This document shows, piece by piece, positions 19,739-30,880 of a DNA stretch of 64,000 nucleotides (position 1 is the first letter of the stretch; every line of letters begins with the position of its first letter). Position numbers and translations under genes: made by a program. The DNA is from an uncultured Gammaproteobacteria bacterium (lineage in GTDB: Bacteria > Patescibacteriota > Patescibacteriia > SBBC01 > CAIJZX01), in the NCBI GenBank assembly GCA_964397195.1, contig CAYNGY010000004.1, positions 1,923 to 65,922 of the forward strand, read 5' to 3'. The notes beneath the pieces were generated by a model that worked only from the letters and a program-made list of their open reading frames with translations, ran no database searches and was not told the origin of the DNA.

Positions 19739-20704
19739 TTACGAAATTGGTTGGCCCGTTGGGACGGGTGGTTTTTGGGTTTCCTTACGAATCCGAGCGA
19801 AATGGTACCAGAAGAGCGGAATACCGACAAGGACCAACGGAATCGTGGTGGCGAGGTCGTTCGCTGTCGCCCCAGTATTCGAGTTTTGACGATCGCGATA
19901 GGTCTGCCAGTCTTTCTTCCAAGCCTTGGCCACCGCCACGTCATCCGCCGTAAACCCGCAATTTTTTTCACAGGCGATGACGCTATCAGGCAAGGCGGTC
20001 TCAGTATACAACCCGCCGACGGTTGGAATTGGCATGGTGTTCTTGTTGGCCGTATCAACCTTCAGCGCAACATTGAGAACGGTATTGATCAGCATCGCGC
20101 CGCCCACCACCGCCGTCACCAATCCGGCAAATGCCACGCCGTAGTAGTAGACCGAACGCAATGGCGATGGTTTTGGATGGACAGCGTACTCCTCGGCCGC
20201 GCCCTTGTTCATCCAGTTGATGAAGAGTAGGTAAAGCGGGAGAGCGATAATCAGAATCGCGAGTGCCCCCGCAATCGCCCGACGAGTTTGAATGGAGTAG
20301 GTACTCGTCGACTGCCAGTTCGCATAGGATGTCTTCAGATCGGCAAATGACTGCTTGTCAGCCGCCGTCATTTCGCAATCCGTCGTACAGGCATACGGTT
20401 GTGACGATTGGAATTTCGTATCGGTTGGATTGCCGGTCAGATAAAACGTTGGCGGCGTATTGTAGCGCTGGTTGTATTCCTTCGCCGTCGGCAAGACCGT
20501 TTCCTTCAGCCCAATGACAAGCAATGAGACGAGCGACCCGATGGTCATGACCAACATCAGCAACGAGACGATCGTATAGAACGCCTGTCGATAGCCGTAT
20601 TTCCGCTCCTGACGCATGTCTTGGACAATCGCGACCGCCACCAAGGCTAAGACGCCGACGCCCGCCACCATCATGAGCGGCCCGATGAATGAAAGTGTAT
20701 CCAT
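19739..20704 (-). CDS. polytopic membrane protein with two DUF5671-like repeats
   Basis: RQAFYTIVSL..ALAILIIALPLYLLF and RSVYYYGVAF..IPLVLVGIPLFWYHF. SD AGGAGG. Confidence 0.8.
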   Translation of the reverse strand: MDTLSFIGPLMMVAGVGVLALVAVAIVQDMRQERKYGYRQAFYTIVSLLMLVMTIGSLVSLLVIGLKETVLPTAKEYNQRYNTPPTFYLTGNPTDTKFQSSQPYACTTDCEMTAADKQSFADLKTSYANWQSTSTYSIQTRRAIAGALAILIIALPLYLLFINWMNKGAAEEYAVHPKPSPLRSVYYYGVAFAGLVTAVVGGAMLINTVLNVALKVDTANKNTMPIPTVGGLYTETALPDSVIACEKNCGFTADDVAVAKAWKKDWQTYRDRQNSNTGATANDLATTIPLVLVGIPLFWYHFARIRKETQKPPVPTGQPIS

Positions 20705-20731
20705 ACTGTCCCCCTCCTAGTTATATGGTAA

Positions 20732-21157
20732 TTACCCTTCGATCGTGATACCCATGTTGCGGGCCGTGCCTTCAATGATTCGCATCGCCCCGGCTAAATC
20801 TTTAGCGTTCAGGTCAGGCATCTTCTTTTCCGCAATTTCCTGGACTTGTGCTTTGGTCACTTTTCCGACCTTCGTCCGTAGCGGATCGGCGCTCCCTTTT
20901 TCAATCTTCGCCGCTTTCTTTAGTAGCTCGGAAGCCGGCGCGGTTTTCAGGATAAACGAATACGTGCGGTCCTCAAAAACAGTCAGCTCAACCGGCGTGA
21001 CTTCGCCCATTCGATCTTGCGTTGCATCGTTAAAACGCTTGACGAATTCCGCAATATTCAAGCCATGGGGCCCAAGGGCCGTTCCGACTGGCGGAGCCGG
21101 CGTGGCTTTGCCACCCGGAATTTGGAGTTTGATAACGAGTTTGATCTTCTTAGCCAT
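20732..21157 (-). CDS. rplK: 50S ribosomal protein L11
   Basis: [30 protein letters not shown]. Confidence 0.98.
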   Translation of the reverse strand: MAKKIKLVIKLQIPGGKATPAPPVGTALGPHGLNIAEFVKRFNDATQDRMGEVTPVELTVFEDRTYSFILKTAPASELLKKAAKIEKGSADPLRTKVGKVTKAQVQEIAEKKMPDLNAKDLAGAMRIIEGTARNMGITIEG

Positions 21158-21213
21158 ACAGATGTGAAATGAGGGAGTTGTCCGTCATGAGAAGCGCATG
21201 ACACACAACATGA

Positions 21214-21759
21214 TTAAACTTTCTTGATTTGAAGGAAATCGAGTTCCACCGGAGTTTCGCGTCCGAACATCGACACCAACACTTTGACCTTGCCGCGACC
21301 TTCGTCAACTTCCGCCACTTTTCCTTCAAAGTCTTTAAACGGACCGTCAACGATTCGCACCGGGCTACCGGCTTCAACGTCAATCTTGTATTTCGGCTCT
21401 TCCACACCCATCCGTTGCATCAAGGCCTTCACTTCCTCCTCGGAAATCGGGGTTGGCGTTGTACCTGAACCGACGAATCCGGTCACGTTCGGCGTATTAC
21501 GCACAACGTACCACGAGTCGTCAGTCACGATCATTTCTACCAAGACGTACCCGGGGAAAAGTTTCTCGGTGATAATCTTGCGCTTACCGTTCTTAATGCG
21601 AATCCGGTTTTCTGTTGGAATCAGCACCGTGAAGATCTTATCCTCCATGTCCATGGATTCGATACGTTGACGGAGGTTACGGGCCACGTTTTCTTCATAC
21701 CCGGAGTAGGTGTGAAGGACGTACCAGCGCTTTCCCTGTTGGAGAACTTGTTTGGCCAT
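21214..21759 (-). CDS. nusG: transcription factor NusG
   Basis: WYVLHTYSGYE, FPGYVLVEM, VRNTPNVTGFVG, KOW GPFKDFEG, FGRETPVEL. Confidence 0.98.
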   Translation of the reverse strand: MAKQVLQQGKRWYVLHTYSGYEENVARNLRQRIESMDMEDKIFTVLIPTENRIRIKNGKRKIITEKLFPGYVLVEMIVTDDSWYVVRNTPNVTGFVGSGTTPTPISEEEVKALMQRMGVEEPKYKIDVEAGSPVRIVDGPFKDFEGKVAEVDEGRGKVKVLVSMFGRETPVELDFLQIKKV

Positions 21760-21760
21760 G

Positions 21761-21949
21761 TTACTTCAGAATAACGTTCTGGAAAATATAGCTAAAAAGG
21801 AGGTCACATAACCCGAGAAACACCGCCACAAAGAGACTAATCCCAATCACGAGGAGGGTGTTATTTCGAGTTTCCAGCCATCGCGGCCAGCTGACTTTCC
21901 GGAGTTCCTCGAATGATTCGCGGAAGTACCGGCTTAATGATGTTGCCAT
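21761..21949 (-). CDS. secE: preprotein translocase SecE
   Basis: EELRKVSWP plus one TM, upstream of nusG. TTGACA-17-TATGCT promoter. Confidence 0.95.
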   Translation of the reverse strand: MATSLSRYFRESFEELRKVSWPRWLETRNNTLLVIGISLFVAVFLGLCDLLFSYIFQNVILK

Positions 21950-22017
21950 AGTAACTCACTTCGAAAAGGCCCTCGGGGCCTCAACAGACCGAAGCATACC
22001 ATGTGGATTTCGGCCTG

Positions 22018-24051
22018 TCAACGTCCCCGGAGGCCGTAATGGCGCTCCAGGGGCCCCAAATCCGGCCCATGCCCCTTCAAGGCGCGAAAAGACGCCTCGC
22101 CAGTCCGACTGCCACCCACCGCCAAGATTTCCTGACGGTACCGACGACCTAATGCCGCCCAATGCTGCGGGTGGCCCCGTAACGGGGCAAAGGCATCAAT
22201 GGCTAATACTTCGGCCCACAGGTATGAGTAATACCCAGCATAGTACCCGTCACTAAAAATGTGACTGAAAGAATTGGGGAACCGATTCGTGCGCGACCAC
22301 GGAACGACACTGTAGTCGCGAAGAATCTGGTGCCAGAGTGTCGTTGCCACTCGGGCCGTAGGTTTTGTCTGTTGGTACAACCGAAGATCGTAGAGCGCAA
22401 ACTGCGTTTGGCGCAAAACGCGCATGGCCGCCATGTACCGTTGCGAGGCCAAGAGTTTTTTTCGCAGATCTGCCGGGAGTTTTTTCGCTCCCGACCGCGC
22501 AAACGTATCCCAAACCGTCGGTTCCCACGCAAACTGCTCAAACCACTGGCTCGGAAGTTCAATCACGTCCCACTCAACACCGTTCATACCGTCAACACCG
22601 GCCACCAGCGAGTCGCTCAGCAAGTGGTGCAAGGCGTGACCGAATTCATGGAACAACTCGGCAACCTCGCTATGGTTCAACCATGTTTCTCCGTTACGAT
22701 CGGGCGCCGGAAGGTTACAGACGATATAGGCCGCACCCGAGTGTAGCTTACCTCGCACCACGCGTCGTGGACGATCCTGGTTCATCCAGGCCCCACCGCG
22801 TTTCTCCGGACGACCGTGGAGGTCCAAGAGGATCTCGCCGCGCTTCCCCTGACGATCGCGGACTGATGCCATCATCAGGCCACGCCGATATCCGTTCGCC
22901 CACGGCGAAATCGTCATCGTCACCCCAAAGACCCGCTCAGCGGTTTTTGCTAATCCGGCTAAAACGGCGCGCATCGGGAAATACTGACGTAAGGCTTCGG
23001 CGGTAATACTGAAACGCTCATGACGGAACCGTTCCGCTACATAATCAACATCCCACGGTTGGAGTTTCGACAGGCCGATCCGAGCGCCATATCGGGACAA
23101 GGCTTGAAATTCAGCTGCGGCCGCTTTTTTTGACCGATGCGCTAAGCGAGTGATGAGGCGTGTCGCGCGTTCAGGGCGCTTCGCCATTCGATCGGCTAAA
23201 CGAGAATGGGCGTACGTGGGGTACCCAAGCAGTCGCGCCATCGCCTGTCGTTCTCGGAGGAGCTGTAAAATAATCGACGCGGTACTCATGGATCGAGGTC
23301 CAAGCTCCGAGGCAACAGCAATCGATTGCTGGTACAGCCGCTCGCGGAGTGACCGGGACGTCGCCGTACGCATCACCACCCCAGATTCGGCCCGACGAAT
23401 AGAAAATCGCCAGCCGGGAAATCCTTGACGTTTCGCTCGCTGCTTGGCGACACGGATAATATCATTTGGAATCCCGTCTAACTCACCGACGTCCGTTACA
23501 TCAACGACGACGGCATTCGTCGCATCAAGTAACCGCTGACTGAAGACCGAACGTAAATTCGCCACAGATCGAAAATGTTTTTCGAGTTTCCGTTTCTTGC
23601 TGGGTGGCAATCCCGCCCCGGCCATATACTGGCAAAAAATCATCCGTTTTAGGGCCCGGCGCTGCACCACCGATAGCCCCGACGTCCGCAGCAAGGCCTC
23701 TCGACGCGCCAACAGGCGTGTCGATTGTTGCTCTCGGGTTGTAAGTTTTGTCATCTCGCGATCACCAAACGTATTGATCTGTTTCCATCGCGGGGCATTT
23801 TCCGTTTGGAAAAAATGATGGCACCGATTCCAATACACCGTCAGTTCATCGTCAACGTTTTGGAACGGTACCACCGTATTTTCCCACGTCGGTTGGGCCG
23901 TATCACCTTCGACAGCCGTGATCACTTTTTTCCAGGCCGTCAGAATTGACTGCAGATGCGACAAAATCTTGGTCGGCTGCTGATGAAACAGCGACACCAT
24001 ATCACCCCAGCTCGGATCGATCGACGGCGTCTTAGACACGCCGTTCTTCAA
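22018..24051 (-). CDS. M3 family metallopeptidase (oligopeptidase A-like)
   Basis: KRGGAWM, LFHEFGHALHH, VEWDVIELPSQ, FSHIF..GY.AGYYSYLWAE. Confidence 0.93.
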   Translation of the reverse strand: MKNGVSKTPSIDPSWGDMVSLFHQQPTKILSHLQSILTAWKKVITAVEGDTAQPTWENTVVPFQNVDDELTVYWNRCHHFFQTENAPRWKQINTFGDREMTKLTTREQQSTRLLARREALLRTSGLSVVQRRALKRMIFCQYMAGAGLPPSKKRKLEKHFRSVANLRSVFSQRLLDATNAVVVDVTDVGELDGIPNDIIRVAKQRAKRQGFPGWRFSIRRAESGVVMRTATSRSLRERLYQQSIAVASELGPRSMSTASIILQLLRERQAMARLLGYPTYAHSRLADRMAKRPERATRLITRLAHRSKKAAAAEFQALSRYGARIGLSKLQPWDVDYVAERFRHERFSITAEALRQYFPMRAVLAGLAKTAERVFGVTMTISPWANGYRRGLMMASVRDRQGKRGEILLDLHGRPEKRGGAWMNQDRPRRVVRGKLHSGAAYIVCNLPAPDRNGETWLNHSEVAELFHEFGHALHHLLSDSLVAGVDGMNGVEWDVIELPSQWFEQFAWEPTVWDTFARSGAKKLPADLRKKLLASQRYMAAMRVLRQTQFALYDLRLYQQTKPTARVATTLWHQILRDYSVVPWSRTNRFPNSFSHIFSDGYYAGYYSYLWAEVLAIDAFAPLRGHPQHWAALGRRYRQEILAVGGSRTGEASFRALKGHGPDLGPLERHYGLRGR

Positions 24052-25162
24052 AACGGAAGGTCACCATCGCCAGCCCAACCAGAATCACCGACCAACCCAT
24101 CATCCAGTACAAATCACCGGCAATGGCACCAATGCCGGCGCCATTTGCCATGACTTCCCGCAAACCGTGAGTCAGGTATTGGAGAGGTAAATAGTGCACA
24201 ATATGTTGCAGCCACGACGGCATCCCGTCGGTTGGGAAGAACGTGCCACCCAAAAATAACATCGGAAAAACGACGAGGTTCGCTATGGCCGGTACAGATT
24301 CGACAGTATTGGCGAGACCGGAAATGGTAAAACCTAAACCCAAGAACATAATGCTGCCGAGGAGAGCAACGAGCGCGACCAGCCACAACGACCCGTAGAT
24401 ATGCGTATGAAGTAGCCAGACACCAACCGACGTTAGGATCGCTGACTGGACCAAGGCCACAATCAACCGCGTCAAGACTTGGGCGGTCACAAACTGCTGC
24501 GGCTTCATCGGCGTCGCCAACAGACGTTTGAGTATCCCTTTTTCTTTGTAATCGGCAAAAACAAACGCCACCGAAAATACCGCCATCTGCATCAGGGCCA
24601 TACCGACAATACCCGGGAGCAAGAAATCAATGTATTTCGTTGACCGGACGCTCACCTCTTCGGCCCTCAGCGCAAAAAGCTGTGGTGCCCGGGTCATGGC
24701 CAATGTCGTCTTATCGAGGATTTGGTTCATGATGATTTCCACCATCTTGGCCTGCTGCAACTGCCCGACATTCTCCAACACGGTGACTGTCTTTGTGGAA
24801 ACTTGCTGGAGGTTTGCCGCCGACGGTCCGGATGGGATCAAATCGTTCGGGATGAGCAAAACGGCGGCTAATGTGTTCTTCTTGAGCGCGGTCCGGAGCG
24901 ACGCCTCTGTGTCCATGGTCACAGAAATATTCGGCGCCTGCTTCAATTGATCGATAAACTGTTGCGTGCCAGCATTCGGTTCCGCCGCCACAATGCCAAT
25001 CTTCGTTGGGACCACCTTATCGAATCCGACGAACCCAAAAATCGTCATGATCACCAAGGGCATGAACAGCGTAAAAAACAACGACTGTTTATTGCGCACG
25101 AACATCTTCATCGTTGAAATCGTCAGCGCTAGGGTGGTGTTCATCGCCATGGGTTTCGCCAT
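24032..25162 (-). CDS. ABC-2 type exporter permease
   Basis: YIDFLLPGI, KGILKRLLATP, FLGGTFFP, 6 TM. Confidence 0.92.
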   Translation of the reverse strand: MAKPMAMNTTLALTISTMKMFVRNKQSLFFTLFMPLVIMTIFGFVGFDKVVPTKIGIVAAEPNAGTQQFIDQLKQAPNISVTMDTEASLRTALKKNTLAAVLLIPNDLIPSGPSAANLQQVSTKTVTVLENVGQLQQAKMVEIIMNQILDKTTLAMTRAPQLFALRAEEVSVRSTKYIDFLLPGIVGMALMQMAVFSVAFVFADYKEKGILKRLLATPMKPQQFVTAQVLTRLIVALVQSAILTSVGVWLLHTHIYGSLWLVALVALLGSIMFLGLGFTISGLANTVESVPAIANLVVFPMLFLGGTFFPTDGMPSWLQHIVHYLPLQYLTHGLREVMANGAGIGAIAGDLYWMMGWSVILVGLAMVTFRFEERRV

Positions 25163-25163
25163 A

Positions 25164-26081
25164 CTATTCGCGTAAACTACGACCGGTCAGTTTCAGGAAC
25201 ACATCTTCGAGCGTCGCCTGATGGAGCTGTAAATCGAAGATAGAAAATCCATGTTGGACTTCATAGCTGAAGAGCGCCGGGAGTGTCTTCTCCGGATCAT
25301 TTGTGAGTATCCGATAGGCGTGATCATCACGATCAACCTTTTCCGCACCCGGAAGCGACGCCATCACGCCGTCGGCCGGATGGGCGGTCACATGAAATTC
25401 AACCGTCGAACCAATGTCGGCCAACTTCAATAATTCCGCCGGTGTCCCGAGGGCGATGATTTTTGCGTGGTCCATAATGGCAATCCGGTCACACAACACC
25501 TCGGCTTCTTCCATATAGTGCGTCGTCAGGATAATCGTCTTCCCCTGCTTTTTAATGTCATGGATCAGGTCCCACAAATTCCGTCGCGCCTGCGGATCAA
25601 GGCCGGTTGTGGGTTCATCTAAATAGATCGCCTTAGGGTCATTGACCAGCGCCACGGCGATCGATAAGCGTTGTTTCTGACCGCCGGAAAGTTCTTTGAC
25701 CTGACGTTTGGCTTTTTCTTCGAGCTGGACTTGGCGCAAGAGCGCCATCGGCTCAACCCGTCGTCCGTACAACGCCCCAAAGGTCGTCAGTAATTCAGTC
25801 AGACTCAGGCCATCGAAAAAAGATGAGGCCTGTAATTGAACACCAATCAGGTGTTTGACAGCGTTCGTGTGACGCTGAACATCGAGTCCATCAAAGGTCA
25901 CCTGTCCGGAGGTAATTGGCTTCAATCCTTCAAGCATCTCCAAGGTAGTCGTCTTTCCAGCCCCATTCGGCCCGAGAATGCCAAAGGTTTCGCCACGTCG
26001 CACAGCGAAGGAAATCGCATCAACCGCGACTAGGTCGCCGTACTGTTTCGTCAGTTTCTGCGCTTCAATAATCGTATCCAT
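25164..26081 (-). CDS. ABC exporter ATP-binding protein
   Basis: GPNGAGKTT, LSGGQ, LDEPTTGLD, TTHYMEEA. Confidence 0.95.
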   Translation of the reverse strand: MDTIIEAQKLTKQYGDLVAVDAISFAVRRGETFGILGPNGAGKTTTLEMLEGLKPITSGQVTFDGLDVQRHTNAVKHLIGVQLQASSFFDGLSLTELLTTFGALYGRRVEPMALLRQVQLEEKAKRQVKELSGGQKQRLSIAVALVNDPKAIYLDEPTTGLDPQARRNLWDLIHDIKKQGKTIILTTHYMEEAEVLCDRIAIMDHAKIIALGTPAELLKLADIGSTVEFHVTAHPADGVMASLPGAEKVDRDDHAYRILTNDPEKTLPALFSYEVQHGFSIFDLQLHQATLEDVFLKLTGRSLRE

Positions 26082-26131
26082 ACCGCCCACATCCTAGCAC
26101 ATCAGCGGCCTTCCCCGCAACCACTTTTTAC

Positions 26132-26165
26132 GCAAAAAAGGCCGCCTAGGTTGCCCTAGACGGTG
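26132..26165 (-). terminator. intrinsic terminator
   Basis: CCGTCTAGG-GCAA-CCTAGGCGG then CCTTTTTT. Confidence 0.8.
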
Positions 26166-26668
26166 TCATCGAAGCGGTACAACGTGGCACTGCGGTAAAC
26201 ATCAGCGACAGACCGCCACGCTTCCCAGACCGATGACGGGATCTGGTAGCAGAGCGGGTTTGGACCATGACCGTTGGTCACGCCCAGGTCACGGGCGATG
26301 TGCTCTCGCGCTTCCGGGGTCCGAACAAAGAGTGACAACGCACCATCCGGCGGAAGCACCAGCGAGATTCGCTTCGCCCAATTCGGGGACACACGAATGG
26401 CCAGATTTCCGGCTAGATAGAGCGTCAGGTAGACGCCGTGAACGCGACACAGTTCGCCGACTTGCCCAACCGTCATGTCCGCTGGAAGATCCGTATTCGG
26501 GATCATCGTCGAAGCCGTCGTCCCATGCACGAGAATGTGCGGCTGTACATTGGGTGCCACTAAGCCAAGTTGTCCTAGTGTCAGATCCGATGACAGATCG
26601 GAAATCGTGTGACGACTGATCGTTTCCGCCACGAGATGCGCAAACTCCGCTGGCGTCCATGCCGCCAT
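26156..26668 (-). CDS. hypothetical protein (N-terminus loosely ACP-like)
   Basis: Strong SD AAGGAGGTGA 6 nt before ATG, terminator at the stop. Confidence 0.75.
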   Translation of the reverse strand: MAAWTPAEFAHLVAETISRHTISDLSSDLTLGQLGLVAPNVQPHILVHGTTASTMIPNTDLPADMTVGQVGELCRVHGVYLTLYLAGNLAIRVSPNWAKRISLVLPPDGALSLFVRTPEAREHIARDLGVTNGHGPNPLCYQIPSSVWEAWRSVADVYRSATLYRFDDTV

Positions 26669-26700
26669 CGTCGCTCACCTCCTTTAAGGTACGAGAAAGA

Positions 26701-26913
26701 TTATTGCGAGAGAATACTGTCGATATTGTAGGACTTCAATAACGTCGGCAAGACAATCGCAATTCCGATCAACGGAATCACGGCGAAAGCCACCGTCAGG
26801 ATAATCGTCCATAAAAACATCGTCCGAGCGGAATGGGCCACGCGATAGGTAGCATCAACTTTTTGCTCGAGTACCGTCAGACGTGAATTGAGTTCCGGAT
26901 CCATATCTGGCAC
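26701..26913 (-). CDS. small single-TM protein
   Basis: Coiled-coil N-terminus then hydrophobic segment, packed after the previous gene. Confidence 0.75.
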   Translation of the reverse strand: MPDMDPELNSRLTVLEQKVDATYRVAHSARTMFLWTIILTVAFAVIPLIGIAIVLPTLLKSYNIDSILSQ

Positions 26914-26914
26914 T

Positions 26915-27163
26915 CTAGCACAGATACGAAGAACCGACGACCGAGAGGTGTAGCTGCTCAGCCGGCCCCGGAATCAAGACAATCAGCCAGCCCACTAAGG
27001 ATAAAATCAGAACCACCAAGGTTAATGCGGCATACCATCGATACGATTGCTCGGCCGCGGGTCGACGAACCGACTGGGATGCATACCACCACAAAAAGAC
27101 CACGCACACACCGATCACCACTGGCAGTCCCCAGCGGAGCGTCGTGAGAATCGTGGTGGCCAT
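26915..27163 (-). CDS. small two-TM protein
   Basis: Starts 1 nt after gyrB stop, two hydrophobic helices. Confidence 0.7.
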   Translation of the reverse strand: MATTILTTLRWGLPVVIGVCVVFLWWYASQSVRRPAAEQSYRWYAALTLVVLILSLVGWLIVLIPGPAEQLHLSVVGSSYLC

Positions 27164-27164
27164 C

Positions 27165-29276
<2,112 letters not shown>

Positions 29277-29385
29277 CTAAGAATAGCATAAAAGCCCCCG
29301 ACCCGCCAAGCCGTCTCGACTTGACAATCCGGCCATTTTATGATAGTGTCGCGACCGTCCCACCACGTCCACCCGGAGGCTCGTC

Positions 29386-29595
29386 ATGGCCAAGCAAACG
29401 GACACGGCGGCCATGATGGCTACCGCGGATGGGAAGACGGAACTTCCAAGAGAAACCATGCACCCGCTGACGCGCGCCAGGCGCCGTCACCAGGCCGTTA
29501 TGCACCGGCCCGACTCGTCTCTAGCCGCACTGCAGACGCTGCTCCATCAGTGGCACTCCAGTCGTACTGGAACGGATCACCACGGCGCCAATTAA
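29386..29595 (+). CDS. short SD-led ORF, possibly a truncated gene
   Basis: TTGACA(29321)-17-TAGTGT promoter, GGAGG SD. Last 98 nt overlap the convergent gene. Confidence 0.45.
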   Translation: MAKQTDTAAMMATADGKTELPRETMHPLTRARRRHQAVMHRPDSSLAALQTLLHQWHSSRTGTDHHGAN

Positions 29596-30880
29596 CACGC
29601 GCCGCATGCACAAACCCGGGGTCGGCGACCACGAGTTCGCTCGGTCGCCGCCTCCCCCGCCCCTGTGGCACCTCAACTGCACGGGCGGATTTTTGTTCCA
29701 AGAGTCTTTCCAGATGAGCAACCAACGCTACATGATCGACTAAAAACTCCTCTGGTGCCTGACGCTCCTGAAGAACACTGACCTGTTCCCGCAATTGCGT
29801 GAGTAACGCCGCCGGGATTTGCTGTTCCCAGAGATAATCTTTTCGCCAGTCTTCAACTTCGGGTACACCGACTTTTGCCGCTGGGCCAACAGTATCGGCC
29901 GCGCGTTCTAAATAATATCGATTCGACATGGTTTTTATTCGATCTCGGGTGACTGCGAAAACAACTCTAATTCCAGTAGTGTTTTTTGGGACATCGGCGG
30001 TATCGTATTTTGAGGTGACAAATGGATTTGCGACCGAATAGTGCAGCTTCTCTGCTAATGAAGGCAGGCTCCCGGAAACAGTAAAATCTGTCGCTAGACG
30101 AATCTTTCGACTCTGTGCATCATTGGTAACCGGCAATTTAATACTGACCCAGCCATCAAAATGTTGGAGAACATCCGAATGCTCATTTGTAGGACTAACC
30201 TGAACCTCAGTGTTATCACCAAGGGCTTGTGAATCAGCTAACTGTTGGAAGAACGACAGTTCGAGTTGTTCGTTCTCACGCATTTCTTCCTTACTAATCT
30301 CGTGAGTAAGGCCACCTTGAAACTCTCTATAAGTCTTTTCTCGAACCATATCAAGACTCTCCGCATCTCGTTCAGAGAAAGTTATTGGCTCACCATCCGG
30401 CCCATGTGTCGCCCGTGTATTCCAAGATATTTGGTCAAGTTGTCCTTGCCGTGTCGCCTCTGCCTCAAGCTGAACCCCAATCTCTCGTTCTCGTTCCGCC
30501 ATTGCCGCCGCCTGATGCGCGAATCGAGCCTCGACTTCTCGGGCCTGCCATAGGCTAAACTTTTTTTCCTGTTCGCGAATATTCCAAATGTAATCCCGGT
30601 CGGTCAGCGCCTTGATTCTTGGCTTCTTTAGCGTGCCATCGAGAATGAGCTTTCTCCGATATGCCTCAGCTATATCGTCCGTTGTTTGCGCCTCGGTAAA
30701 CCCAGCCGCTCGTTCTTGCTCGACCAATGCCGATTCAAATGATCGTATGGCCTGCATTCGAGCATCACCTGCCATACTCTCAATGGAGAGTAAAAACTCC
30801 TGCACCGCCTCGGGCGTGGTCAGAACCGTATCTGACGCGACTGGTTCAGTTTCAGTGGCGAATTCCTCTTCAGTGCTCAT
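29498..30880 (-). CDS. hypothetical protein, possible PD-(D/E)XK-like domain
   Basis: 460-aa ORF coupled to pheT (ATGA overlap). EHSDVLQHFDG...IRLATDFT. Locally AT-richer. Confidence 0.7.
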   Translation of the reverse strand: MSTEEEFATETEPVASDTVLTTPEAVQEFLLSIESMAGDARMQAIRSFESALVEQERAAGFTEAQTTDDIAEAYRRKLILDGTLKKPRIKALTDRDYIWNIREQEKKFSLWQAREVEARFAHQAAAMAEREREIGVQLEAEATRQGQLDQISWNTRATHGPDGEPITFSERDAESLDMVREKTYREFQGGLTHEISKEEMRENEQLELSFFQQLADSQALGDNTEVQVSPTNEHSDVLQHFDGWVSIKLPVTNDAQSRKIRLATDFTVSGSLPSLAEKLHYSVANPFVTSKYDTADVPKNTTGIRVVFAVTRDRIKTMSNRYYLERAADTVGPAAKVGVPEVEDWRKDYLWEQQIPAALLTQLREQVSVLQERQAPEEFLVDHVALVAHLERLLEQKSARAVEVPQGRGRRRPSELVVADPGFVHAARVNWRRGDPFQYDWSATDGAASAVRLETSRAGA

